Source: Candidatus Latescibacterota bacterium (GTDB lineage: Bacteria; Latescibacterota; UBA2968; UBA8231). Taken from it: DNA of 64,000 bases. Both the position numbers and the translations under genes were made by a program. The notes under the pieces were generated by a model that saw only the letters and a program-made list of their open reading frames with translations, did not search any database and was not told where the DNA came from. Of this stretch, positions 27,491 to 39,224 are shown in pieces; position 1 is the first letter of the stretch, and the number at the start of each line of letters is the position of its first letter. The stretch covers positions 1 through 64,000 of the forward strand of contig CBDAOB010000005.1 of NCBI GenBank assembly GCA_965197905.1, written 5' to 3'.

Positions 27491-29407
27491 ATGCGACAGC
27501 ATCTTTGGTGGCTAACTACCAGCCTTCTGCTGGCGGGCCTGGGAGGCGCCAAGACCCTCTTCACCGACGCAACCGATAGACTCGGGCTAGAATTCGCCGG
27601 GCGCAGCGCCCGCAACGTAATCTTTGCCGATTACGACAACGACGGCTTACAGGACATCTTCATCGCCGAGAACCGTGCCACCGACCTGCAGATCGGCCTC
27701 TTTCACAATACGGGCGACGGTCGCTCGGTGAATCAGACCGATCTCATCCCGATCGATCTCCACAGCGTAGACGGACAGGCCGGGAGCGTCTTCGCTGACT
27801 ACGATAACGATGGCGATCAGGACCTATATCTCTCGGCCTCCCCCTACAACATGCTGTTGCGCAATGACGGTGGCAGGTTTTCCAAGGTTCCAATTGCGAG
27901 CGCGGACACATTGGTGACCGACCAGTCGATCTGGCTCGACTACGACCGGGACGGGCTTTTAGACCTCTACGTCTCCAACGAATTCGTCAACGAAAATCGT
28001 CCGCCCCTTGGAAATCGATTGTTTCACAACGACGGCAATGGATCGTTCAGCGACCAGACCGCGGCGGCTGGACTGGAGGTTTCTCTCGGCACCGACTATG
28101 GCGGCTCCACCGGGGGGATGTCTGCCGGCGATTTCAACGACGACGGCTGGCCGGACCTATATCTGGGGGTGAACCGACAATCGAACCGGCTGTTCCTGAA
28201 CGACGGCCAAGGTCGCTTCCGGGATGCCACCACCAGCGAAATCGGCGACGATGGCGAGGCGTTCAGTATAGCGGTTGGCGATATCGACAACGATGGCGAC
28301 CTGGACATCCTGCAACCGGCCGGCGCCTCGGATGCTGAGGAGTTCCGCTCCAAGATGCTGCTGAATCTCGGTGGCGGTGAATACCTGGATGTGCTCGAGG
28401 GAGCGGGGCTCGACACCCTCAACAACAGTAACGTTGGCGGCACGCTGTTCGCCGATATCGACAACGACGGCGATCTGGATCTGGTCATCGGAACTTCAAA
28501 TCGAATAAATCTGCTCTTGTTGAACGACGGCTCTGGGTTCTTTTCAGATGCGACCTCCATATCCGGGATAAGGGACCGCGGCCCTTTCATAGCTGTGGGT
28601 GACTATGACGAGGATGGGTTCCTAGATCCGCATTTTTGAACGGGCCGGACGGAATCAACAAGCCGCGAGGGTTGTTTCCTCGATCTCGACAGCGACCAGA
28701 TAACTCTCAACCCGGATCAACGCGACATCGTTTTAGAGGGTCAAACTGCTCTTGAAGTGCGAACCGGCGGTGGTGGTGAATGGAAGGTGCTCTACCGGGC
28801 AAAGGAACGACTCAACCCTGTCGGATACCAGGCATTGCGTTTCGCATTTCGGGCAGGTGATCTGGAGGATATCAACGGACCGAAGATGTCGGTATTAATA
28901 GGAGACAGTCGTGTCGACCTCTTGAACGGCGAGGCGATCGAACTGGGTAGCCAAGATTGGCAGGTAGTGGAGCTGCCCCTGTCCGAATTCGAAATTCCGA
29001 CGACCATAGACGGCGTAGTCTTTAGCGGCAATCTGAGCGGCACCTTCTACCTGGACGATGTGCGTTTCTTGACGGCGGCCGAGATCGCGAGAGCAACGGC
29101 TGTTGAGGAAGATGAATCGGCGACGCCGGCAACGTTTGCGCTGGACCAGAACTATCCCAATCCGTTCAACAGTGGTACAGTGATTCGTTTCGATCTGCCG
29201 AGTGCGGGCGAGACGGAGTTGACCGTGTTCAATCTGGTGGGGCAAAAAGTTGCGACGCTGGTAGATGGGATGCGCGAAGCCGGCCGCTATACCCTGCGCT
29301 GGGACGGTCGCGATGAAGACGGTCGCTCGCTCGCAACCGGGGTGTACATCTATCGGATGCAGTCGAGAAACCACGTCGAAACGCGAAAGCTGCTACTGCT
29401 ACGGTGA
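27491..29407 (+). pseudogene. Secreted CRTAC1-like FG-GAP protein with CBM-like domain and FlgD-Ig/T9SS-type tail, disrupted at ~28630-28680
   Basis: Signal peptide and seven D-x-D-x-D-G blades. Frameshift and stop at 28637. The ASPIC/UnbV region present in the neighbour paralog is missing. Tail is NYPNPFN...TRKLLLLR. Confidence 0.7.
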
Positions 29408-29779
29408 AGGGATCAGCATTTTCATGACCGCCATCATGAGGCCGGTCATCGCGACCATGGTTGTGAGCAGTACGGCAAAACGCGAGTCGATGCGGCGGTT
29501 GGTTTCGTCGGTGCGGTTGTGCAGTGCGCGTACGTCCTGTCGGATATCTTTGACTTCGCGGTTCGTATCCTGGCGCAGTTCCTGGATCTGAGTTTGTAAA
29601 CCTTGATTGTTGCGGTTCATATCCTGGCGCAGTTCCTGGATCTGAGTTTGTAAACCTTGATTGTTGCGGTTCATGTCTTGACGGAGATCCTGAAGGTCCT
29701 CGCGGAGGTACGATATGCCCCAGCGAAAGTCTTCTGGTGGTTTCGATGAGGGTACTTGTGGGTCAGATGCTTCTGGCAT
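29399..29779 (-). CDS. Small head/coiled-coil/C-terminal TM protein, copy 2
   Basis: PPEDFRWGISYLREDLQDLR, duplicated 18-aa stalk unit, RIDSRF and TM. GGGAG RBS. Confidence 0.8.
   Translation of the reverse strand: MPEASDPQVPSSKPPEDFRWGISYLREDLQDLRQDMNRNNQGLQTQIQELRQDMNRNNQGLQTQIQELRQDTNREVKDIRQDVRALHNRTDETNRRIDSRFAVLLTTMVAMTGLMMAVMKMLIPSP
29567..29674. repeat. Perfect 54-bp tandem duplication (in frame, 18 aa)
   Basis: ATCCTGGCGCAGTTCC...TTGCGGTTCAT occurs identically at 29567 and 29621. Confidence 0.95.
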
Positions 29780-29837
29780 TGTACGCTCCCGACAAGAATA
29801 TACGAAAGAGTCTGTACGCGAACCAAGGCAGAGTAAA

Positions 29838-29852
29838 GCAGATCGCATGCCA
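29838..29852 (-). promoter_or_regulatory. Sigma-54-like promoter of coiled-coil gene copy 2
   Basis: Minus strand TGGCAT-GCGAT-CTGC (GG-N10-GC), ~60 nt upstream of the ATG. Confidence 0.55.
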
Positions 29853-29942
29853 ACGTTTCTCTCCCAGAAGGCCAAACAACGGTCCACTCGAATGTGTCAA
29901 ATCCTCTCCATTAGTGGGTGTATCTCGGCGGAGGTGAAGCTC

Positions 29943-32725
29943 GTGAACAAACGAACCAACATTTTTGATATGTTCAACGCGATCTTCGTCGTACTGATCG
30001 CGGCTGCAGGAGCTCTCGCCCAACCCCGCTTTGAAGATGTGACTGATGAGGCTATTCCCTTCCGCCTTTTCGAAGCTGAGGGGATGGCTTTGGGTGACTA
30101 CAACAACGACGGATGGCCCGACCTTTTCATCGCGGAGTTCGTCAACGACATATGGGACGGCGGCGATCGGATCGCGCTGCTCTACAATGATGGCGACGGC
30201 AGCTTTGTCCGCGATGCCGCACTCCTACCCGACGGCCTGCTTAATTTCGACTCCGAAGCAATCACTGGAGAAGCTTTCGGGCCGGGCGCGTTCGGCGACT
30301 ACGACCGGGACGGCGATTTGGATATCTATCTTCCCCTGGGAGTTTACTGGCTGCATCGCCGCGGTAGAAACGCGCTGTTGCGCAACGATCGCGGAATCTT
30401 CACCAACGTCACGACACAAGCTGGATTGACGCAAGAGTTGGCCTCCGCGGGAGCTATCTGGCTCGACTACAACCGGGACGGGCATCTCGATCTGTACGTG
30501 ACGGACAACGGCATGATCCTCGCGAACCTACTACGAGGGATATGGGAAAATTACCGCACATCGAGTTATCACCGCCTCTACCGGAACAATCAAGATGGCA
30601 GTTTCACGGATGTTACTGTCGCAGCTGGACTAGATGTACCGATGCCGGGTTGGGAATTCAACATTGCCGCGCCCGACGTCAACGACGACGGGTGGCCGGA
30701 TATTCACATCGGCATCCATCATGATCTGCTGATTTTTCTGAACGATGGTCAGGGACGGTTCCCCGACGCGACCACAACCGAGATCTTTAATCCAGGAGTA
30801 GTGGGCATCGCCATCGGCGACATCGACAACGATGGCGATCTCGATCTGTTTCAGCCCAACTCCGGAGCTCAATTCATCGGTAACGTATTACCGTCTCGCC
30901 CGGTCATGATGCTGAACCTGGGAGATTACCAGTTCCTGGACGTGACTGAGGGTGTGGGTATCGACTTCGGTGACGCTCCAGTCCAAAACGCAACCTTTGC
31001 GGATCTCGACAACGACGGCGATCTGGACCTGGTAACGGGTCGCCCCCTTTTCCTTTTCATCAACGACGGGCAAGGGTTCTTCTCTGATGTTACAGAGCGT
31101 TCGGGTCTTCCTGCGGCCGGCGGAGTCGGAGTATTACCCGTCGATTACGATGGCAATGGGTGCCTCGATCTCATTTACAGCAATGTATGTATTGACCACC
31201 GGCGACAACGAGTTCGGTGGCATCTTTCGCAACAGGTGCAACGAACATCATTACCTCCGCGTAGAGCTGGTGGGGGAGGCGAGCGGCCGAGATGGAATTG
31301 GGGCGCGGATCAACATTCGCTCGGGCGCGTTACGGCAGACACGTGAGCTGCTCGGGGGAACCGCGCTCTGGCACCAAGAAGCGATCGCCCATTTTGGACT
31401 AGGGACGCATACCGTGGTCGACACTCTCGAAGTCCGTTGGCCTTCCGGTCAGATCGATGTGCACACGGCCGTGGCGGTCGATCGGCAGATACGATTATTC
31501 GAAGGGAGACCGGGATCTCACACCGTCTTACCGACGAACTGGGAGCACGCCCTGCCGGATACGATCGGCGTGGGAGCATCCGTAGAGATTGCTTTGCGGG
31601 TGCAGCCGGCGCTCTTCGCACCTGACGCCCGCATCGATAGGGTTACCGCGGATTTGAGCAGCTGGGGTAGGCAGTGATGCGGTTCCACTGGACGCGCAAG
31701 ATAACGGGTCCTACGTCCTGCCGGTGCAAACGATGGTCGCTGAGGGCCAACCCGGAAGGCGCGAGGTAGCCATATTGATCGAACAGTCCTCGTCTCATGG
31801 CCCGATGTGGACGAGGCTGGTCCATCCTGTCCAGGTGTTGCCGACAGACCTGCCAACTCAGCCCTTTCCAGTGTACCGCGATGATCTTGCCCTCGGATGG
31901 GAACTAGATGCGTTTGTTGACCACGGCGATTTCAGATTGAGGGATTACGAATCGGATGATGGTCGTACGGCTATCGAGCTCCGATCCACAGATCAGGTTT
32001 TCAGGGGCAGCGCGGCGCTAGCTGTCCAGGTAGATTCGCTGGCCCCACCCGATGGCCCAGAGTTTGAGGTCTTCCGGTTACATTTTCGTCCCCCCGAGCC
32101 TGTGGAGCAGCAATACGGGGGCTTGCGTTTCGCCTTCCACTCGGGCACATCGCAGTCCGTAGTTCTTCCGTTCCTATCGGTGTACCTCAATGGTCGTACC
32201 ATCGTGGGGCTAGCGCTCAGTCCAGTGACAACTCCTCTCTCTCGCTTTCTCCTTGATGAGTCAATCCATGAGTGGCAGGTGGTAGAAGTGCCTCTGGATT
32301 ACCCGGGGTTAGAAGGACCAATCGAGTCAATCGAAATGACAGGTTGGCTGCAAGGCACCTTCTACCTCGATGAGATAGAGTTGTTACCCCTTCCGCGGGC
32401 ACCCTCGGTTACAGCAGTTCAGGAGTCGCGCGAGTCTCCACTACCGTCAGCTTTCAACCTTAAGCAGAACTATCCCAATCCGTTCAACAGGGGTACGGTG
32501 ATTCGTTTCGAGCTGCCGGCGGGTGGCGAAACGGAACTGGCTGTCTACAACCTGGTGGGGCAGAAGATCGCCTCGCTGGTGCACGGAGCTCGCGAGGCGG
32601 GGCAGTACACCGTGCACTGGGACGGTCGCGATAGCAGCAGGGAGCCCATCGCCAGCGGGGTCTACTTCTATCGGTTGAAGGCGGGTAATCAGGTTGAGAC
32701 GCGGAAATTGCTGCTGTTACGCTAG
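29943..32725 (+). CDS. Secreted CRTAC1-like protein (FG-GAP + ASPIC/UnbV + CBM-like + FlgD-Ig/T9SS-type tail), frameshifts at ~31185 and ~31668
   Basis: Three consecutive ORFs give FG-GAP blades, then LRVELVG..RDGIGARI...AHFGLG...LEVRWPSG, then LRFAFH...GTFYLDE...NYPNPFN...TRKLLLLR. Confidence 0.8.
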
Positions 32726-32735
32726 GATATAACCC

Positions 32736-35720
32736 ATGGAATCCAAGCTAACCGACAAAAAGAGTCACAGCTTCTCGAGCCGCCCACGTCTCGGCAGTCT
32801 ATGCTTCCTGAAACTCTATCTACAACCCAGACTGTGCCGTGTCGGCATCGTGCTGGTCCTGTTGATCGGGTGTTCCTTAGTCGGGTGCGCTGTACCTTCT
32901 GCCGAACTATTCGTTGAGGCTCCGCTCCCCTCGGACTCGGAGGAGTTCGGCTTCGCCAAGAAGGCCAAACCCCTGCGCTCCATCGGCAAGGTGAAGGTTC
33001 TCGTAATCTTCGCCAAATTCAAGGACGAAGAGGGCAGTGACCTGGCACCTGACTATGCCGAAAAGCTTCTGGACCCTGACTACGAAGGCAGTTTCGCCCA
33101 TTTCTACCGCACCATGTCTTTTGGACAGCTAGAGGTTGGGGGTGCTGTGCTGCCCAAGCGATATTCCTCGGACCGGCCGCGTTTCGCCTATCTTGCCCGC
33201 CCCTCAGGAGGGTCGGGCCGTTTCGGCGAGTTCGTGCGGGAGATTCTTCACAAAGTTGACGCGGATGTCGATTTGAGCCAGTTCGACAGCGACGGACCGG
33301 ACGATGTCCCCAATTCCGGCGATGACGACGGCCGCGTGGACTACGTCCTGGTCAATGTCCTGTCGGCCCCAGAAGATTTCATAATCAAGGGGGCCACGGG
33401 CATCAGCCAGCTCGGGGGATTCACCCAGGACTACGCTTCAGCGGATACTTCTGTAAGCGGTAAGCCTATGCGCATCAGCTACAAGGACTACCACGGAGCC
33501 ATTCAGGAGGAAGGCAACTTCGCCCAGACGGTGGGGGTCATGGCGCATGAGTTCGGCCACGGGTTGGGTCTGCCCGACCTCTACGACAAGACGGTCCAAC
33601 CGCCGGCTGAAGACAGTGGCGGGATCGGCAAATGGGGGTTGATGGGCCAGGGAGCCCACGGCTGGGGCGGCAACGATGGACCCGTTCCATTCTGCGCCTG
33701 GAGTCTCGAGCAACTGGGCTGGATTGGTCGTGAAAACGAACGACTGGTTGAGGTTTCAGAGGACCAGGCTGGTCTGGCTATAACCGACCTGTACCGGCCA
33801 GGCCATATCTACAAGATCATTCTGCGAAACCACTTTACTGATCCCGATGGGTACTATCCGTCCTTTACCCAGGAGTATCTGCTCCTTGAGCACCGGGTCC
33901 GTAGCGGCCACTACTACGATCGCAATCTGCCCGCCGAGGGGTTGCTGGTCTGGCACGTCCGCGCGGCCGGCGAGAGCAACAATGATGAAACGAACAAGAA
34001 GGTAGATCTGGTCTGTGCCGACGGACTCTACACGGACGCCGGTTATCCGCTGGGAGGCAACGCCGACCCACACAGTGGCCGCGACAACCTCGATTTCTTG
34101 GGCCCACGGTGACAAGTATGAAGGCGATCGTGGGGGCAATCTCGGCGATTCCACCGACCCGTTCGACGGTGTCCGTTATACCAGCCTCGATCTTCGCTCG
34201 AATCCTTCTATCAATATCGGGGGCTTCCTATCCGCAGCCAGCACCGGCCCGGCCGTGACGCATATGCACCGTGAGGGGAACGCCATGGTTGTCGACATCG
34301 CCCTACCACGCTGGGCCGGGACCCTCACCGAGGAGGTCCATTGGGTAGGCGATATTCTGATCGACGGGAATCTGACCGTTGCTCCGGGAGGAAAGTTAAC
34401 CATCTACTCTCAAACACGGGTGCGCATAGCCGGCAGCGATCCGCTTGAAAGCCGGCGAGACCCCAGGCGATGCGAGCTGTACGTCGAAGGAGATTTGGAG
34501 ATTCACACCGGCAAGTTTCAACGCATATACGTCGAGGGCGCCACGCCCCAAACCAAGAATGAAATGTTTAAACCCCAACCTGTGGTCTTCGAGGCCATCG
34601 TGCCCGGCGATACCTGGTACGGCATTTTCTCCGCCGAGTCAGGCCAGGTCGACGCGCCGGACGGGAGTTTCGAACTCCGCGATACGGAGTATGGTTTTCT
34701 GGACTACAGCGATTTGTCCGACGTGGCCACCGTTATCGATGAAACACCCGTCGAAGGGTCGGCGACACCGTTCGCGCTGCTGCCAAACTACCCCAATCCC
34801 TTCGACCAGAGCACCACCATCCCCTACACCCTTGCCGCCACGGCGCCGGTGCGCCTGGTCGTCTACAACAGCTTGGGTCAAAAGGTGCGCACCCTGGTTG
34901 ACGACGATCAGTCAGCAGGGCGGCAGGACGTGGTGTGGAACGGGCAGGATGAGAGCGGCCAGCCGGTGGCCTGTATCTGTATCGCCTGGAAATCCCCGAG
35001 CACTATTCGGCCAACGGCAAGATGATGCTCCTGGGTTCGGGACTGGCGCAGCTTTCCAACCTCGACTCGACCCTGCAGTCTCACGGACAAGATTGGTCGC
35101 TGGTGGCCACCGAACTGACCAAGGGGCCAGCTCCCGCCTTCGGATTTGTCGCTGAACCCTCGCTGGCTCAAGCCGCTTTTACCGCCGGCGCGCTGTGGAT
35201 CAAACTACACGTGTTGCAGCAATACGGCGGGGATACGGAGGGCGCACAAAACCAGGCGCAGCACCTGAGCGAGCTGCTGCACCACTTCGACCCGAGCTCA
35301 GCGCAGCGCCAGATTTTCGAAGCCCTTGTCCAACAACTGGGGCCCGACGCCAAATCCCGTTCGCAGTTCGCCGATCGTTTCGACCGCGCGCACGTGACCC
35401 TCGCCCAGCTCGTCCAGGGTCACGGCGAGGAGGCCGCCAACTATTTCTATCTGGGTAAGTGGCTGCAGACCCTCAAAGCGGCTGCCCTAACTGTGCGGAC
35501 CTCGGGTTCGCCGTTGTCGACCGTTACAGACTTATCCGCGCACACGGCCACCGGCCGCCACCTGGACGAATCTCTGCGCACACTAGCTGCGGATGAAGGG
35601 CTGTTGACCGGGCTGAGCCGGCTGACGGCCCTCTTGGAATCGAACCCCGCAGGCCGACGAGAAGTCCGCGAATTGCTCAATATCATCGAAGGAATGGCGG
35701 AGCCTTTAACCATCCGCTAA
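32736..35720 (+). CDS. M6 (immune inhibitor A-like) metalloprotease with internal FlgD-Ig/T9SS-type domain and C-terminal helical extension, frameshifts at ~34097 and ~34968
   Basis: HEFGHGLGLPDLYD, IGKWGLMG, GLLVWHV, NYPNPFD. A short insertion at ~34968 restores YLYRL...KMMLL in frame with 35022..35720. Confidence 0.78.
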
Positions 35721-35725
35721 CAGAC

Positions 35726-38719
35726 ATGTCCAGATACCTTGTCCTCGCTGTATCCACCCTGCTTCTGTGTGCCGATGCACCAGCACGCGCGCAACAGAGT
35801 CTGCCTCGAAGCCACCCCAAATACAAAACCGCCAGGAAAGTCTTCGACGACCTCGTCCGTGCTATCGGCGACGGCCGCACTAGTCCCGAGCTGCGCCTAC
35901 AGCCCAACAATGTCAGCAGCAGCATGCAGGTGGCGTGGTTCACGCCCAAGAAGAACACCCTGGCGCTCGAAGAGCGGGTCTACGACCTGTGCGTTGCCCT
36001 CGGTCCGGACTCACTGAACGCCCTGGCGACTCTCTTGGGCCACGAGCTGGCGCATTACTACAAGGATCACGGCTGGGTCGGCGATTTTGGTAACGGCTTT
36101 GCCGATCTACCGGTGGGCCAGCGGCTCAAGGCGTTGAGGCGCCAGGAAAGCAAGATGATCGAGATCGAAACCGAGGCCGACTACTTCGGCGGATTCTTCG
36201 GACATGTGGCCGGCTATAACACCTTGGAAGTAACGCCGCACCTTCTCCAAGAGATCTACCTCGAATACGGCCTGGATGACGACATGCCGGGCTATCCGTC
36301 CCTGCCCGAGCGCCAGGAAATTGCCCGGCGCTCCGCAGCCCAAGTGCAGCAGTTGATCCCGGTCTTCGAAGCCGGAAAGAACCTTTTGCTCCTCGCCAAG
36401 TACGAGGAAGGAGCCCGTTGTTTCGATTACATCGCCCGCACCTTTCCCAGCCGCGAGATCCTCAACAACGCGGGCGTCGCCCGCGCCCTAGAGGCCATCG
36501 ACCTGCTCGACGCGGGTCAACGAAGCTTCGCTTATCCCTTTGAACTGGACGCCGAAACCCGGTTGCGCCACGCCGGCAAGACGCAAAGAAGTGGGTTTGG
36601 CGAAAGTCGTCGAGCGCAGCGCGAAAGGCTGCTCAAGGAGGCGGTAGAGTCCTTCGAAAATGCGCGCAAGAAGGATCCCGACTACGCCACCGCATACGTG
36701 AACCTTGCCTGCGCTACCGACCTGCAAGGCGACTTCGATTCGGCGGCCTTCTACGCTGCAAAAGCTATTGAGATAGCCGGCAAGAACGGCGAAACAGACT
36801 CCCGAGCCCACGCGCTGATCGCACGGGGCATTGTCACAGCTCACGCCAATCTCCGGAATGAGGACGCTGCACGGAAGGACTTCGTCGATGCGAAAGCCGG
36901 CAACCCGACGCTGGCCTTATTGAATCTAGCCGTCCTTGAGGGGGCCGACGTTGCCGGAGCAACCGCCGGTGGCAGAGAAAAAAAGTCAGGTCCAATCGAA
37001 GAGAGCGTCGGAGCCGCCAGCCGCGTCTACGAGCGCATTATCTCGGCGCCTGATGCCAGAGCCGAGTTGCCGCAAAGCGCCGAAACCCAACCTGCCATGC
37101 TCATTTTCGCCAGGGAACTTGGAGACCGAGATGGCCTGGTGATCGACACCGGTCACAGCGAGATCACTTTGGTGGAGACCGGGAGCAATTACGACGGCCT
37201 CAGCGCACGGGGCATCAAAATTGGCAGCGACCTCGAACAGGTACACCATGCCTACGGCCATCCCACACGACTGGTATCAAGTCGTCAAGGAGCATTTCAC
37301 CTCTACGAGCACGCTCAGATCGTCTTCCAGACCAGCGCTGCCGATCGCGTGCGCGGGTGGATGCACTACGACATCGAAGAGGATTTCTACGATGTGCCAG
37401 ACGACCGGGAGACAGACGAAATGCAGACCGAACAGCGGGTCGCCCTGGTGATCGGCAATGGGGCCTATGGCGATGTTCCGTTGAAGAATCCGGTCAACGA
37501 TGCCCAGGCAGTCGCTCAAGCCCTCGAGTACTGCGGCTTTGAGGTGTCACGAAAGATCAACGCCGACCGCAAGGAGATGCGCCAGGCCATCCGCGACTTC
37601 GGCAACCAGCTCAAGAAAGGTGGAGTGGGCCTGTTCTACTATGCCGGCCACGGCCTTCAGGTCGACGGTTTGAACTACCTGGCGCCCGTAGGAGTAGACG
37701 TAGCCCATGAGGACGAAGTGGAGGACGAATGCATCCTTGTATCGTCGGTCATGCGCAAGATGGAAAGCGCCAGCAACCGCGTGAACATTGTCATCCTGGA
37801 CGCCTGCCGCAACAATCCGTTTGCGCGCAGCTTCCGCTCGCAGGGGCGCGGCCTGGCCGGAATGGATGCCGCCACCGGCTCGCTGGTAGCGTATGCGACC
37901 GCGCCTGGCAGGGTGGCAGCGGACGGCGACGGCACGAACGGCCTCTACACCTCGAGGTTACTCAAATACCTGCAGGTACCAGGTCTCAGTATTGAGCAGG
38001 TTTTCAAAAACGTGCGCCGTGACGTAAAGACAGCCAGCGCCGAAAAACAGGTCCCCTGGGAATCTTCCTCTTTGACCGGCGACTTCTATTTCGTATTGCC
38101 GCCAACCGAAGGACGAGAGAACGCAGGTGCTGGTCACGGGTACGCAGCGTCATCGCCCCCACCGGCTGTCATCTTCGGACACCTGCAGGTGAACGCGAGT
38201 GTGCCCGAATCCAGGGTGTACATCGACGGAACCCTTCGGGGCAATGCGGGCCCCGGCGATCCGCTGAACCTCGAGAACCTGGCCGTGGGCGAGATCGAGG
38301 TACGGGTGGAAGCTTTGGGTTACCAAAGCGCCACACAGGAGCACTCGCTGACCGCCGGACAATGGACACAGGCGGTATTTTCACTTCCGCCGGTGCTGCC
38401 GTCCGCTACATCATCGCAACCATCGGTTTCTGGTCCCGACTCAGCACCAGAGTCCATTGCCCGCCGCACAGCATCACCGCATGAAGAGATGGTATACGTC
38501 TCAGACTTCGCCTTTTACATCGACACCTATGAGGTGACGAATGCGGCCTTCGCCGCATTTCTCAATGCCCGCGGAAACCAGATTGAAGGCGAGGTTACCT
38601 GGTTGGATATGAGTGACCCAGATGCGCGCATTGAGAGACGAGGAGGTCGGTATTTGCCTGTGCCCGGCCATGAGGACCATCCCGTAGTCGAGGTGTCGTG
38701 GTTCGGGGCGCAGCGTTAG
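35726..38719 (+). CDS. Secreted mosaic: HExxH (M48-like) peptidase + TPR + caspase-like C14 + PEGA + truncated FGE-sulfatase domain
   Basis: Signal peptide, LGHELAHY...ETEADYFG...YPSL.ER, TPR helices, RVALVIGN/FYYAGHG/ILDACRNNP and PEGA. Ends abruptly at HPVVEVSWFGAQR*. Confidence 0.82.
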   Translation: MSRYLVLAVSTLLLCADAPARAQQSLPRSHPKYKTARKVFDDLVRAIGDGRTSPELRLQPNNVSSSMQVAWFTPKKNTLALEERVYDLCVALGPDSLNALATLLGHELAHYYKDHGWVGDFGNGFADLPVGQRLKALRRQESKMIEIETEADYFGGFFGHVAGYNTLEVTPHLLQEIYLEYGLDDDMPGYPSLPERQEIARRSAAQVQQLIPVFEAGKNLLLLAKYEEGARCFDYIARTFPSREILNNAGVARALEAIDLLDAGQRSFAYPFELDAETRLRHAGKTQRSGFGESRRAQRERLLKEAVESFENARKKDPDYATAYVNLACATDLQGDFDSAAFYAAKAIEIAGKNGETDSRAHALIARGIVTAHANLRNEDAARKDFVDAKAGNPTLALLNLAVLEGADVAGATAGGREKKSGPIEESVGAASRVYERIISAPDARAELPQSAETQPAMLIFARELGDRDGLVIDTGHSEITLVETGSNYDGLSARGIKIGSDLEQVHHAYGHPTRLVSSRQGAFHLYEHAQIVFQTSAADRVRGWMHYDIEEDFYDVPDDRETDEMQTEQRVALVIGNGAYGDVPLKNPVNDAQAVAQALEYCGFEVSRKINADRKEMRQAIRDFGNQLKKGGVGLFYYAGHGLQVDGLNYLAPVGVDVAHEDEVEDECILVSSVMRKMESASNRVNIVILDACRNNPFARSFRSQGRGLAGMDAATGSLVAYATAPGRVAADGDGTNGLYTSRLLKYLQVPGLSIEQVFKNVRRDVKTASAEKQVPWESSSLTGDFYFVLPPTEGRENAGAGHGYAASSPPPAVIFGHLQVNASVPESRVYIDGTLRGNAGPGDPLNLENLAVGEIEVRVEALGYQSATQEHSLTAGQWTQAVFSLPPVLPSATSSQPSVSGPDSAPESIARRTASPHEEMVYVSDFAFYIDTYEVTNAAFAAFLNARGNQIEGEVTWLDMSDPDARIERRGGRYLPVPGHEDHPVVEVSWFGAQR

Positions 38720-38728
38720 TTGCATACG

Positions 38729-38744
38729 GCCACCTGTTGGTGGC
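38729..38744. terminator. GC hairpin between convergent genes
   Basis: GCCACC-TGTT-GGTGGC, with no clear U tract. Confidence 0.3.
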
Positions 38745-38773
38745 GCCGACTAGATGGTGAGGGATCTACACGA

Positions 38774-39163
38774 TTAGATCTTGATAGCAGCCACGATGAT
38801 TCCGGCCAGCGCGATCATGGTCGTCATGAGCCATGTGAAGCGAGAGTCCATGCGCCGATTCGTTTCGTCGAAGCGCTCATTCATTGAGCGGTTTGTATCG
38901 TCAATGCGCTCACTGAGCGAACGGCTTGTTTCATCGATGCGCTCACCCAGTGAACGATTCGTCTCATCGATACGTTCAACTAGCGAACGATTTGTTTCGT
39001 CGATACGGTCGCCGAGAGAGCGATTACTGTCGTCGATGCGTCCGTGGACGCCGCGAATGTCCAGGCGCAGATCTTGGATGTCTTCACGCAAATAGGAAAT
39101 GCCCCACCGAAAGTCTTCGGGGGGCTGCGAAGGCGTCATACTGGGTTCGGGTGTGTCGGCCAT
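38774..39163 (-). CDS. Small head/coiled-coil/C-terminal TM protein, copy 3
   Basis: PPEDFRWGISYLREDIQDLR, five 11-aa repeats (IDETNRSLxER), RMDSRF and TM. AGGAGGAG RBS. Confidence 0.85.
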   Translation of the reverse strand: MADTPEPSMTPSQPPEDFRWGISYLREDIQDLRLDIRGVHGRIDDSNRSLGDRIDETNRSLVERIDETNRSLGERIDETSRSLSERIDDTNRSMNERFDETNRRMDSRFTWLMTTMIALAGIIVAAIKI

Positions 39164-39224
39164 ACTCTGCTCCTCCTAGGAATATACGAACGTCCCGCTG
39201 AAACCCCAACGTTCGCGGAGTGGA

